Positions 9,640 to 17,420 of a stretch of DNA of 64,000 nt are shown piece after piece. Every line of letters begins with the position of its first letter. Positions within the stretch are counted from its first letter, which is position 1. Made by a program: the position numbers and the translations under genes. Origin of the DNA: Dehalococcoidia bacterium (GTDB taxonomy: Bacteria > Chloroflexota > Dehalococcoidia > Lucifugimonadales > JAGWBF01). The DNA lies in NCBI GenBank assembly GCA_965207935.1, contig CBDBNM010000002.1:397692-461691 (forward strand), written 5' to 3'. The notes beneath the pieces are model-generated. The model searched no databases. It saw only the letters and a program-made list of their open reading frames with translations, and had not been told where the DNA came from.

Positions 9640-10273
9640 GGAGACCCCTTAGTCGTTCAAATTCGCTACTGGCCGCAACGTACAGCAGCCCGTCGAGGGT
9701 TTGAAAATGCTCTTCAACGTCGAATGCTGCTATTTGACCATAGCCCGATTCGCGGATGTGGGCAAATTCAAAGAACCCTTTCTTGGTGCGCCTCCATTCC
9801 TGTACGAAATTGGAGGGGACTCGGTCTATAGACTCGTAATCTAGGAGTTCGTTGAAGAAGATTGTTTCCGATTCGTTTGCTCTCGCTCGCCCCTTCTTGT
9901 GGTCATCGATCAGATCCTTAACCGTCTGGCAAATATCATACGGAATTGTATGCCCTCCATCAGGATCGTCAGGCGTCATGAAACCTCTACCTGTCCATTC
10001 GTCCTTCCATTCGCTTTGTAGTTTGTCGACGCGCTGGGCATATTGGACTTGACTTCTTTGATTGCCCGAGATGGTCGGTCCCAGTCCGTTCATGATTTCC
10101 CTGCCAGCATGAGCAACAAATGTAATGAAACCAGGTGGTTTCCACTTCAAAAGGAACAAGGCACCTTCGTACACATCGGCGTATACTGGCAACACCAGCG
10201 TCTCCCTAAGCCAGTCTAGGACGCGTTGTTGCTCGGGCGTTAGGGCCATTTCAGAGTGAAGCAATGCTGGCAT
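9611..10273 (-). CDS. Hypothetical 220-aa protein, first gene of the islet operon
   Basis: The ORF has the same low-GC codon usage as the 969-aa gene and overlaps it by 29 nt. No recognised domain. The C-terminal RLRGLH fits only the minimal Rx4H pattern, which is weak. No obvious SD upstream; the alternative start is at 10249. Confidence 0.7.
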   Translation of the reverse strand: MPALLHSEMALTPEQQRVLDWLRETLVLPVYADVYEGALFLLKWKPPGFITFVAHAGREIMNGLGPTISGNQRSQVQYAQRVDKLQSEWKDEWTGRGFMTPDDPDGGHTIPYDICQTVKDLIDDHKKGRARANESETIFFNELLDYESIDRVPSNFVQEWRRTKKGFFEFAHIRESGYGQIAAFDVEEHFQTLDGLLYVAASSEFERLRGLHDILEEANG

Positions 10274-10465
10274 GTAAGTTCAATGTAATCAACAGTATGT
10301 TACCGCAGATTCTGGACTCCTATTCGACAATCTGCTCAAGAAACTGTAAGCCATAGGGTGGAGGACGTGGGGGAGCTCGTCGTGATCTTCGGTGTCTTTG
10401 CCTGCTTCACATATTTGCTAGGCAACAGGCAGAGCCTGCGCGCGGGCTTAGTCACCCAGGGACCT

Positions 10466-10657
10466 CTACACCTGGTAGCGCTGGAGGAGCTGGCGGGCGA
10501 TGACGAGGCGCTGGATCTCGTTGGTGCCCTCGCCGATTATCATCAGAGGCGCATCTCGGTAGTAGCGCTCGATGGGATTCTCCTTGATATATCCGTAGCC
10601 CCCGAAGATGCGCATCGCCTCCAGGGTCACCTCGGCGCATATCTCGCTGGCGAACAG
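10466..10657 (-). repeat. Direct repeat copy B (192 bp), the functional 3' end of the intact acyl-CoA dehydrogenase
   Basis: See copy A at 6518..6709. Confidence 0.9.
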
Positions 10658-11626
10658 CTTGGCCATTCCCGCTTCCAGGTCAACCCTCAGGCCCTGGTCC
10701 TTCTTCTCGGCGGCCTTGTAGGTCAGCAGGCGGGCCGCCTCTATCTTCGTCCCCATGTCCGCCAGCTTGAGCTGGATGGCTTGGTGGCGGGAGATGGGCG
10801 ACCCGAAGGTGCGCCGGCCCTGGGCGTACTTGATGGCCGCTTCGAAGGCGGCCGTGGCCACGCCGACAGCGCGGGCTGCCACGTTGATGCGACCAGTCTC
10901 CAGACCGGCCATCACCTGCTGGAAGCCCTGGCCCTCCACCCCTCCCACCAGGTTGTCGGACCCGACCCGGAAGTTGTCGAAGATCAGCTCACAGGTGTCC
11001 AAGCCCCGGTATCCCAGCTTGTCCAGGTGCCTGCCCACCTCGAAGCCTTTCCCGCCCTTCTCTACGATGAAGCAGCTTATCCCTTCGTGGGGAGGAGTGG
11101 CGTCCTTGTTGGTCTTGGTTATCAGGGCGAAGGTGTCCCCGTGCTGCCCATTGGTGATGAACATCTTGGTGCCGTTGATCAGGTACTCTTCGCCGTCGCG
11201 GGTTGCGGTCAGCTCTATGGCCTGCACATCGCTTCCGGCGTTGGGTTCGGTCAGGGCGAGCCCGCCCCGCTTTTCGCCGCGGGCCATGGCGGGCAGGAAC
11301 CGGGCCTTCTGCTCTTCGGTCCCGTAGTGGGTAACCACGTAGGTCATGATGTGATGGGTGCCGATAATGCCGCTAATGCTCATCCAGCCCTTGCACAGCT
11401 CTTCGAAGATCATGGCGAAAGTGGTGTAGTCCAGCCCCATGCCGCCGTACTCTTCGGGGATGGTTATGCCAAAGAGGCCCATCTCCTTCATCTTTTCGAC
11501 CAGCTCCAGGGGGACGATGTCGTTGCGCTCGTACTCCTGGACGATGGGCTCCACATCCCGCCGGACAAACTCTCGCACCATGTTGATGATCTGGGTGCGA
11601 GCTTCCTCAGGTGTTCTGGTTGTCAC
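10466..11626 (-). CDS. Acyl-CoA dehydrogenase (short/medium-chain type)
   Basis: ACAD hallmarks are present: GLALTEPNAGSD, the FITNG region and the C-terminal [23 protein letters not shown]. The track ORF extends to 11689. I prefer the GTG at 11626 because GAGGAGGAAGC lies 9 nt upstream and the resulting ~386 aa length is typical. Confidence 0.9.
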   Translation of the reverse strand: MTTRTPEEARTQIINMVREFVRRDVEPIVQEYERNDIVPLELVEKMKEMGLFGITIPEEYGGMGLDYTTFAMIFEELCKGWMSISGIIGTHHIMTYVVTHYGTEEQKARFLPAMARGEKRGGLALTEPNAGSDVQAIELTATRDGEEYLINGTKMFITNGQHGDTFALITKTNKDATPPHEGISCFIVEKGGKGFEVGRHLDKLGYRGLDTCELIFDNFRVGSDNLVGGVEGQGFQQVMAGLETGRINVAARAVGVATAAFEAAIKYAQGRRTFGSPISRHQAIQLKLADMGTKIEAARLLTYKAAEKKDQGLRVDLEAGMAKLFASEICAEVTLEAMRIFGGYGYIKENPIERYYRDAPLMIIGEGTNEIQRLVIARQLLQRYQV

Positions 11627-11793
11627 CAAGAGCTTCCTCCTCGATAACGGTGACCGTGATGCAGCTATTCTAGCGAGGGAGGCTGGCAAAGGTCTAGGTT
11701 CCGGGCCTCTACTTCAATTGCTCTCCAGCAAGCAGTCCGAATATAATTGGCCTAAGTTAGACCCTAGAGTTTACTGGCCCGGCCTTCTACGCT

Positions 11794-12582
11794 GTGCTTC
11801 TAGCCATTGACATCGGCAACACCAACATCACCCTGGGGGCCTTCGAAGAGGGCCACCTGAAGTCAACCTGGCGGGTAGCCACGGACCTCAGGAGGCTGGG
11901 GGACGAGTACGGCCCCCTGGTCTCCAACATGCTCCCTTACAAGGGCATCGACCCCGGGGACATCACCGACGCATGCATCTGCAGCGTGGTGCCTCCCCTG
12001 TCCCCCATCTTCGAACAGGTGTGCCGCACCTACTTCGACGTGGAGCCTCTCACCGTATCGGCCGGGGTGAAGACGGGCATTCACATCATCTACGACAGCC
12101 CCAGGGATGTGGGGACCGACCGCATCGCCGACGCCGTGGCGGCCCTGCGACTCTACGGCGGCCCGGTCATCGTGGTGGACTTCGGCACCGGCACGGTCTT
12201 CGATGCCATCAGCAAGAACGGCGAGTACATCGGCGGGGCGATAGCCCCCGGCCTGGCCGTTGCCGCCGAGGCCCTGTACCGGAACACCTCCCAGCTTCGG
12301 CGGGTGGAGCTTGTCCCTCCCAAGTCGGCCATCGGGCGAAACTCCATCGCAGCCCTGCAGTCCGGCTTGGTGCTGGGCTACGTGGGCTTGGTCGAAGGTA
12401 TGATCGCCAGGTTCAAAGCCGAGCTGGGAGAGGAAGCCACCGTGGTGGCAACGGGAGGGCTGGCGGAGGTCATGGCGGAGCAGACCTCGGTCTTCGACAA
12501 CATCAACCCCGACCTGACCCTGATCGGCCTCCAAGCCATCTACGAGCTGAACAAGCGGGCCCCTGCGGGGAGCGGAGACTGA
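11794..12582 (+). CDS. coaX: Type III pantothenate kinase
   Basis: LLAIDIGNTNITLG at the N-terminus, VVDFGTGTVFD and the ~260 aa length are typical of CoaX. Confidence 0.9.
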   Translation: MLLAIDIGNTNITLGAFEEGHLKSTWRVATDLRRLGDEYGPLVSNMLPYKGIDPGDITDACICSVVPPLSPIFEQVCRTYFDVEPLTVSAGVKTGIHIIYDSPRDVGTDRIADAVAALRLYGGPVIVVDFGTGTVFDAISKNGEYIGGAIAPGLAVAAEALYRNTSQLRRVELVPPKSAIGRNSIAALQSGLVLGYVGLVEGMIARFKAELGEEATVVATGGLAEVMAEQTSVFDNINPDLTLIGLQAIYELNKRAPAGSGD

Positions 12583-12583
12583 C

Positions 12584-13777
12584 ATGGCGGGAGTCCTGCA
12601 GGACAAGAACATCGTCCTGGGTGTTACGGGGAGCATCGCCTGCTACAAGGCCCTGGACCTGGCCAGCAAACTCACCCAGGCAGGGGCCGGCGTGGACACC
12701 ATCATGAGCTACGGGGCAACCCAGTTCATCGCCCCCCTCGCCTTCCGCAGCCTCACCCACCGGCCCGTGACAGTCGATATCTTCGACCCGGACTCGGAGC
12801 TGAGCATCGAGCACGTTCAGCTAGCCGGGAGGGCGGACATTGTCGTCGTGGCCCCGGCCACCGCCCACTTCATTGCCAAGGTGGCTTACGGATTTGCCGA
12901 CGACCCCCTGACCACCACCATCCTGGCCACCCAGGCGCCCGTGCTTATCGCCCCTGCCATGGACGGGCACATGTACGAAAACCAGGCCACCCAGGACAAC
13001 ATCGAGAAGCTGAAGGCCAGGGGGATCACTTTCGTAGGTCCGGCCAGCGGGCACCTGGCCTCGGGACTTGTGGGCATGGGTCGGTTGGTGGAAGTCCCCC
13101 AGCTTATGGGGCACATTAGCGCCCTGCTGGGGAAAGACGGGGACCTGGCCGGACGCACCATAGTCGTCAGCGCAGGGGGCACCCAGGAGGCCATCGACCC
13201 CGTCCGGGTGATCACCAACCACTCGTCGGGAAAGATGGGCTACGCCCTGGCTGAGGCAGCCCGGGACCGGGGCGCCAGGGTGGTGCTCGTTTCGGCCCCA
13301 ACCGGCTTGGACGACCCGGCGGCGCTGGAGGTGGTGAAGGTACGCTCAGCCGTCGAGATGCGGGATGCTGTGCTGGCGGCGGTCAAAGGCGCCGACGCGC
13401 TGATAATGGCGGCGGCGGTGGCCGACTACCAGCCCGCCGACGTTGCAGGTCAGAAGATCAAGAAGGACAGCTCGGCATTGACCATCGACCTTGAAAGGAC
13501 GCCGGACATCCTCCAGGAGGCCCAGGGCAGCTTCCTCAGGATCGGCTTCGCTGCCGAGACCGAGGATCTGCTGGCGAACGCCAGGGACAAGCTGGAGCAC
13601 AAGGCCCTGGACCTGATCGTAGCCAACGATGTGTCCGCAGAGGGGTCGGGGTTCGGCGCCGATACCAATAAGGTCACCCTTGTCGGCAAGTCCGGGGAGG
13701 CGGAAGACCTGCCCCTGATGTCCAAGCAGGATGTGGCCCACCGCGTCCTGGACCGCGTAAAGGCGCTCCTGGGCTAG
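12584..13777 (+). CDS. coaBC: Bifunctional phosphopantothenoylcysteine decarboxylase / phosphopantothenate-cysteine ligase
   Basis: 397 aa with GVTGSIACYKALDL flavoprotein N-domain and ITNHSSGKMG and AAVADY ligase motifs. The start is 1 nt after the coaX stop. Confidence 0.9.
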   Translation: MAGVLQDKNIVLGVTGSIACYKALDLASKLTQAGAGVDTIMSYGATQFIAPLAFRSLTHRPVTVDIFDPDSELSIEHVQLAGRADIVVVAPATAHFIAKVAYGFADDPLTTTILATQAPVLIAPAMDGHMYENQATQDNIEKLKARGITFVGPASGHLASGLVGMGRLVEVPQLMGHISALLGKDGDLAGRTIVVSAGGTQEAIDPVRVITNHSSGKMGYALAEAARDRGARVVLVSAPTGLDDPAALEVVKVRSAVEMRDAVLAAVKGADALIMAAAVADYQPADVAGQKIKKDSSALTIDLERTPDILQEAQGSFLRIGFAAETEDLLANARDKLEHKALDLIVANDVSAEGSGFGADTNKVTLVGKSGEAEDLPLMSKQDVAHRVLDRVKALLG

Positions 13778-13939
13778 CTTAGCCCCGTGGGTTGGGGGAT
13801 GGACAAAGGGCGATTGTGCGTTGGGTGGTCAGGAAGGTAGCATGGTCCACGGGAGTGCACTAGCAGCGAAACAAACTTTCCCCCAGATTCGCCTGACTGG
13901 CAAATGCCCGATGGGTTGATCTGAGGAAGGTGATCCTTT

Positions 13940-15433
13940 ATGGCGGATCCCAACTTTGCCGACAAGACTATCTGGACCGGGGACAACCTGGACATCCTGC
14001 GGGGGATGAACTCGGAGTGCGTTGACCTAATCTACCTTGACCCTCCCTTCAACTCCAACCAGGACTACGCTGCGCCGGTAGGCAGCAAGGCAGCTGGCGC
14101 CGCTTTCAAGGACACCTGGACACTCTCAGATCTAGATGTCGCCTGGATGGGCCTGATCGCCGACGAGCAGCCCGCCTTAGCCCATGTGGTCAAGACAGCA
14201 GGCCTGACCCATGGCAAGGGAATGCAGAGCTACTTGACCATGATGGCTATCCGGCTGATGGAGATGCACAGGGCCTTGAAGCCAACCGGCAGCATTTATC
14301 TCCACTGCGATCCGACAGCCAGCCACTACCTTAAGATGCTGATGGATGCGGTGTTCGGTGTCGAGAACTTTAGAAATGAGATAATCTGGCGAAATACCGG
14401 GGCACACAATTTCGCTGACCGCTTCGGCCCAATCCATCAAGATATTCTGTTCTACGCGAAATCGAACCAATACAAACATAGAGCCATATATGGACCATAT
14501 TTGAAAGGCCATGTCGAAACTTACTTCAAGAAACAGGACGAACATGGCCGGTACTGGACTAACTCAATCCACGGTTCGGGAACTCGAAACGGCATGAGCG
14601 GTGAACCATGGCGAGGGTATGACCCTACCCCGTTTGGTCGCCATTGGGCCGTTCCGAGCGCATTAGTTTTGGCTTTTGGGATTGATCCTGACCTATCACA
14701 ACATGAAAAATTGGACGCTCTCTATGATTTGGGTCTAATCGACCTACCGGAGACGACAGGGCAAAGTTTGCCGACATACCGACAATATCTAGACAGGAGT
14801 TCGGGCCAGCTTTTGCAAGACATTTGGGCATTTCAGCCGCATACTAGGGACTGTCTGTATGGGACGGAGGCGAGTATTGATGAGGATGTATGCTGGATCT
14901 CCCCTAGAGATAAGAAGGAACGCACTGGCTACCCAACACAGAAACCATTGGGCTTGCTGGAACGTATCATCCTAGCCTCCTCCGACGAGGGAGACCTGGT
15001 GCTCGACCCGTTTTGTGGCTGCGCCACAGCCTGCGTAGCTGCCGATAAGTTGGGGCGCAAGTGGGTTGGAATTGATATTTCCCCCAAGGCTGCAGAGCTG
15101 GTTAACCTACGGCTTCGGCAGGAGATGGGTAGCCTATTTCATCACGGATATGTGACTGCGCGTTCAGACATTCCCCAGCGCACGGATATTGAGAAGCCCA
15201 AGCCTTACAGGGAAAATAAGCATGTCCTCTTCGGCGAGCAAGAGGGTTTCTGTGCCGGTTGCAAGGGGGATTTTCCATTCCGCAATTTCACCGTCGACCA
15301 CATCGTCCCCAAGTCAAGAGGCGGGACGGATCACGTCGAGAACCTTCAGCTCCTTTGCATGGCATGCAATTCTCTGAAGGGGGACCGGCCCATGGAGTAT
15401 CTGATGGCGCAGTTGGCTGAGGCGAAACCCTAA
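13940..15433 (+). CDS. DNA methyltransferase (N6-adenine/N4-cytosine, beta-class order) fused to a C-terminal HNH endonuclease domain
   Basis: Motif IV IYLDPPFNS is near the N-terminus, and motif I LVLDPFCGCATACVAADKLGRKWVGIDIS lies at about residue 360. The HNH module is FCAGCKGDF...FTVDHIVPKSRGGTDHVENLQLLCMACNSLKGD. GGAAGGTGA RBS upstream. Confidence 0.85.
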   Translation: MADPNFADKTIWTGDNLDILRGMNSECVDLIYLDPPFNSNQDYAAPVGSKAAGAAFKDTWTLSDLDVAWMGLIADEQPALAHVVKTAGLTHGKGMQSYLTMMAIRLMEMHRALKPTGSIYLHCDPTASHYLKMLMDAVFGVENFRNEIIWRNTGAHNFADRFGPIHQDILFYAKSNQYKHRAIYGPYLKGHVETYFKKQDEHGRYWTNSIHGSGTRNGMSGEPWRGYDPTPFGRHWAVPSALVLAFGIDPDLSQHEKLDALYDLGLIDLPETTGQSLPTYRQYLDRSSGQLLQDIWAFQPHTRDCLYGTEASIDEDVCWISPRDKKERTGYPTQKPLGLLERIILASSDEGDLVLDPFCGCATACVAADKLGRKWVGIDISPKAAELVNLRLRQEMGSLFHHGYVTARSDIPQRTDIEKPKPYRENKHVLFGEQEGFCAGCKGDFPFRNFTVDHIVPKSRGGTDHVENLQLLCMACNSLKGDRPMEYLMAQLAEAKP

Positions 15434-15459
15434 ATGTTGCGGCGGATAAGACGAGCTAT

Positions 15460-15479
15460 GCGTGCCAGAAGAGGCACGC
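15460..15479 (+). terminator. Hairpin GCGTGCC-AGAAGA-GGCACGC downstream of the methyltransferase gene
   Basis: 7-bp GC-rich stem 27 nt after the stop codon. No U-tract. Confidence 0.3.
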
Positions 15480-15585
15480 GAAATCTGGGGCATGGCCATG
15501 TTTCGCAAGCAAAGGCCGCGGTCCGAGCATTTTCACAGGGTAAGTCAAAACCGAAAAGTGGCCAGGGCAAGAGGAAACGTCGCCA

Positions 15586-16044
15586 ATGAACTTCCGATCG
15601 AACCCTGACGGCAGCAGAACCATGACCGTAAGCGAAAGTGAGAGTCAAGCATACCTTCTCTTGGGACTATTGGCATCGCTAGCCGGCCGCAGAGAATTGA
15701 TGGACGAACTAAAGAACGGGAATAAGTCCCTCGACGATCGCATAGCTGGCGGGATGACGGGATGGAACGCAGGTGAAATTCCCTCAGATGAGATGTCAAG
15801 AATGGAGGCTTTCAGACACGCCCTTGTCCACGGGCTCTGCATAGTAGCCGAAGACGGGGGCATCTTCATTTCCGATGAGAAGTATGGCGAGGACGACTCA
15901 CGAAGTCACTTATCATTGTCCCTTGTCGAGCTCCAAGAAATGGCGGGCGCGTGGGTAGAATGGTTGGCACCGCCGATCGTTATTGATCGTTATATGGCCG
16001 CAGGACACCCGCACCCCATCCAGGTGTCCATAACCCCGAAGTAA
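15586..16044 (+). CDS. Hypothetical 152-aa protein (orphan)
   Basis: ORF with AGAGGAAAC upstream and no recognised motif. Its codon usage resembles the neighbouring methyltransferase gene. Confidence 0.45.
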   Translation: MNFRSNPDGSRTMTVSESESQAYLLLGLLASLAGRRELMDELKNGNKSLDDRIAGGMTGWNAGEIPSDEMSRMEAFRHALVHGLCIVAEDGGIFISDEKYGEDDSRSHLSLSLVELQEMAGAWVEWLAPPIVIDRYMAAGHPHPIQVSITPK

Positions 16045-16089
16045 GCCGATTTCAAGGGCGAGCCCAACACATAGGGGCTACATCGGCAA

Positions 16090-16326
16090 GTGAGGATCGA
16101 ACCTGTGTCAGCAGTGGATGGACACCTCGGCGAGTTTGAACCTGTCGTCGACGGAATGGAGGAGCCAATGACCGAGGAATATCGAAAATTTGACCCAGCG
16201 GACTACATCAAGACCACGAAAGATGTCCAGGGGCTCCTCGATGCCTCTGCGGATGAGGACCCTGGGGACGGGGTCGTGATTCGAGCTGTGTTGAAGTACA
16301 TCGCCCAAAGACACCGTTCGTCTTGA
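16090..16326 (+). pseudogene. Truncated HigA-like addiction-module antidote protein (N-terminal half only, HTH missing)
   Basis: KFDPADYIKTTKDVQGLLDASADEDPGDGVVIRAVLKYIAQRHR matches the pattern wD-a-eyL...i..YL.aaled.Dp..i..AL.diArArG of COG3636/TIGR02684-type antitoxins (from memory). It stops where the helix-turn-helix should begin. There is no RelE/HigB-like partner upstream. Confidence 0.5.
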
Positions 16327-16383
16327 GTAATACCTGGGAACTTATCATCCATTAGATGCGTCTAAGAACTTAGGGAGGGCGCA

Positions 16384-17334
16384 ATGAAACGACTCACGAT
16401 TATCTTCGCAGTTCTGCTGGCCATCATCCTGGCAGCCTGCCAAAACCCGACGCCAACCCCGACGCTGGCGCCGACATCCACACCGACACCCACCCCCACG
16501 GCGGTACCACCGACGCCGACCGCCACCCCTGCACCTACGGCGACGCCCACCATCAGCCCAGGAACCGCTGCCTACAATGCCTTCTTGGAGATGCTTGAGG
16601 AGGCCCCTGCTGACTTGCGCGCTGAGACCAAAGCCTGCTTGATGGACCTCTTCGAGGAGGACCCATCTGTGGCTGAGTCGTTCACCACGGGGGAGGACCT
16701 GAGCGGGCCGGCGATGCTCAGCTTTCTGGCCTGCCTGACGCCCGAGGAGGCCGCAGCGCTGACGCCTCCCGGTGAAGGCCCTCCGCCGGATGTTGCCGGC
16801 TTGGCCTGTCTGGCCGAGAAGCTTGAGGGCGCCCCCGAGAAAGACCGTATCCTCGCCGTCCTCTCAGGCGCCGACCCATCGGGGGAAGGGCTGACGCTGG
16901 AGGAAAGCGCGGTGCTTGGTGGGGCTGTGGAAGCCTGTGACCTCGATACCGGTTTCACCTTCCCTGGAGGAGAGGGCGCCGAAGAGAATCCGTTGGCCGG
17001 TACAGAGTGGAGGCTGGTCCTCGTGCTGGGCAGCGCCCTCCCTCCCACCGGGGTGGTGGGGGGCGACCCAACCGCCGAGTTTACAGCCATGGATATGATG
17101 GGATGGACAGGCTGCAACTCCTACGGCGCCAGATACAGCATACAAGGAGAGGAACTGCTCCTTGACAACCTGGCGTGGACGGATGCGGGCTGCCCGTCTC
17201 AGGAGCTAACCCAGCAGGAACAGCGGATGCAGGACTCGCTGGCGACGGTGGAGGAGTTCGAGATTTCAGGGGACCAACTTACGCTTCACAGCGAAGGCGG
17301 CGAGGCGCTGGTCTTCGAGCGAATCAGGCAGTAG
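16384..17334 (+). CDS. Lipoprotein with Pro/Thr-rich linker and C-terminal META (HslJ-like) domain
   Basis: Signal peptide with lipobox LAAC (MKRLTIIFAVLLAIILAAC), then a PTPTPT low-complexity linker. The C-terminus reads LAGTEWRLV...GCNSYGARYSIQGEELLLDNLAWTDAGCP, which is typical of META domains. Confidence 0.75.
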   Translation: MKRLTIIFAVLLAIILAACQNPTPTPTLAPTSTPTPTPTAVPPTPTATPAPTATPTISPGTAAYNAFLEMLEEAPADLRAETKACLMDLFEEDPSVAESFTTGEDLSGPAMLSFLACLTPEEAAALTPPGEGPPPDVAGLACLAEKLEGAPEKDRILAVLSGADPSGEGLTLEESAVLGGAVEACDLDTGFTFPGGEGAEENPLAGTEWRLVLVLGSALPPTGVVGGDPTAEFTAMDMMGWTGCNSYGARYSIQGEELLLDNLAWTDAGCPSQELTQQEQRMQDSLATVEEFEISGDQLTLHSEGGEALVFERIRQ

Positions 17335-17420
17335 TCGCAAGAGTCTCTGGGGTAGAGGGCCAGAGGCAAAGGCCCGTCGCGCGGACCGGGATCTGAGATG
17401 GAAGGCGCTGCTGGGCTAGC

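Larger units (their letters stand above)
6710..10657. mobile_element. Putative integrated islet (about 3.9 kb, low GC) in the 3' end of the acyl-CoA dehydrogenase gene; no integrase recognised
   Basis: The segment is flanked by the 192-bp diverged direct repeats. Spot GC counts of three 60-nt lines inside give 42-50%, against about 60% in neighbouring core genes. It holds two overlapping genes and an AT-rich leader (10274..10465). Confidence 0.55.
13778..16383. mobile_element. Lower-GC accessory segment (methyltransferase-HNH fusion, orphan ORF, truncated antitoxin); borders not defined by repeats
   Basis: Spot GC is about 50%, against about 60% in the flanking coaBC and lipoprotein genes. 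The content is accessory-type. No flanking direct repeats, tRNA or integrase were seen. Confidence 0.35.

Noticed and set aside
9611-10273. Possible HEPN nuclease assignment for the 220-aa protein from the C-terminal RLRGLH
   Set aside because: The Rx4H pattern is short and common. The second position is not the usual polar residue, and no other HEPN features were recognisable, so it is mentioned only as a weak hint.
6710-10465. Searched islet 1, and islet 2 at 43274..44621, for an integrase, transposase, tRNA target or terminal inverted repeats
   Set aside because: I found no tyrosine- or serine-recombinase or DDE motifs, no tRNA-like sequence and no terminal inverted repeats by eye. The mobile-element call therefore rests only on the duplicated gene ends and the GC contrast.
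10274-10465. Attempted to call a promoter and terminator in the AT-rich leader of islet 1
   Set aside because: Only weak -10 candidates (TACATT, TAACAT) without a convincing -35 were found, and the only hairpin is loose (TGCCTG-N21-CAGGCA). This is not enough to annotate.
10358-11647. 429-aa plus-strand ORF opposite the acyl-CoA dehydrogenase
   Set aside because: This is an antisense shadow with low-complexity G/A/L/V/H composition and no motifs. The minus frame carries clear ACAD signatures.
16440-16560. Repetitive CCGAC/ACCCC tract resembling a tandem repeat
   Set aside because: It encodes the Pro/Thr-rich linker (PTPTPTLAPTSTPTPTPT...) of the lipoprotein. This is in-frame low-complexity coding sequence, not an independent repeat element or a CRISPR array.
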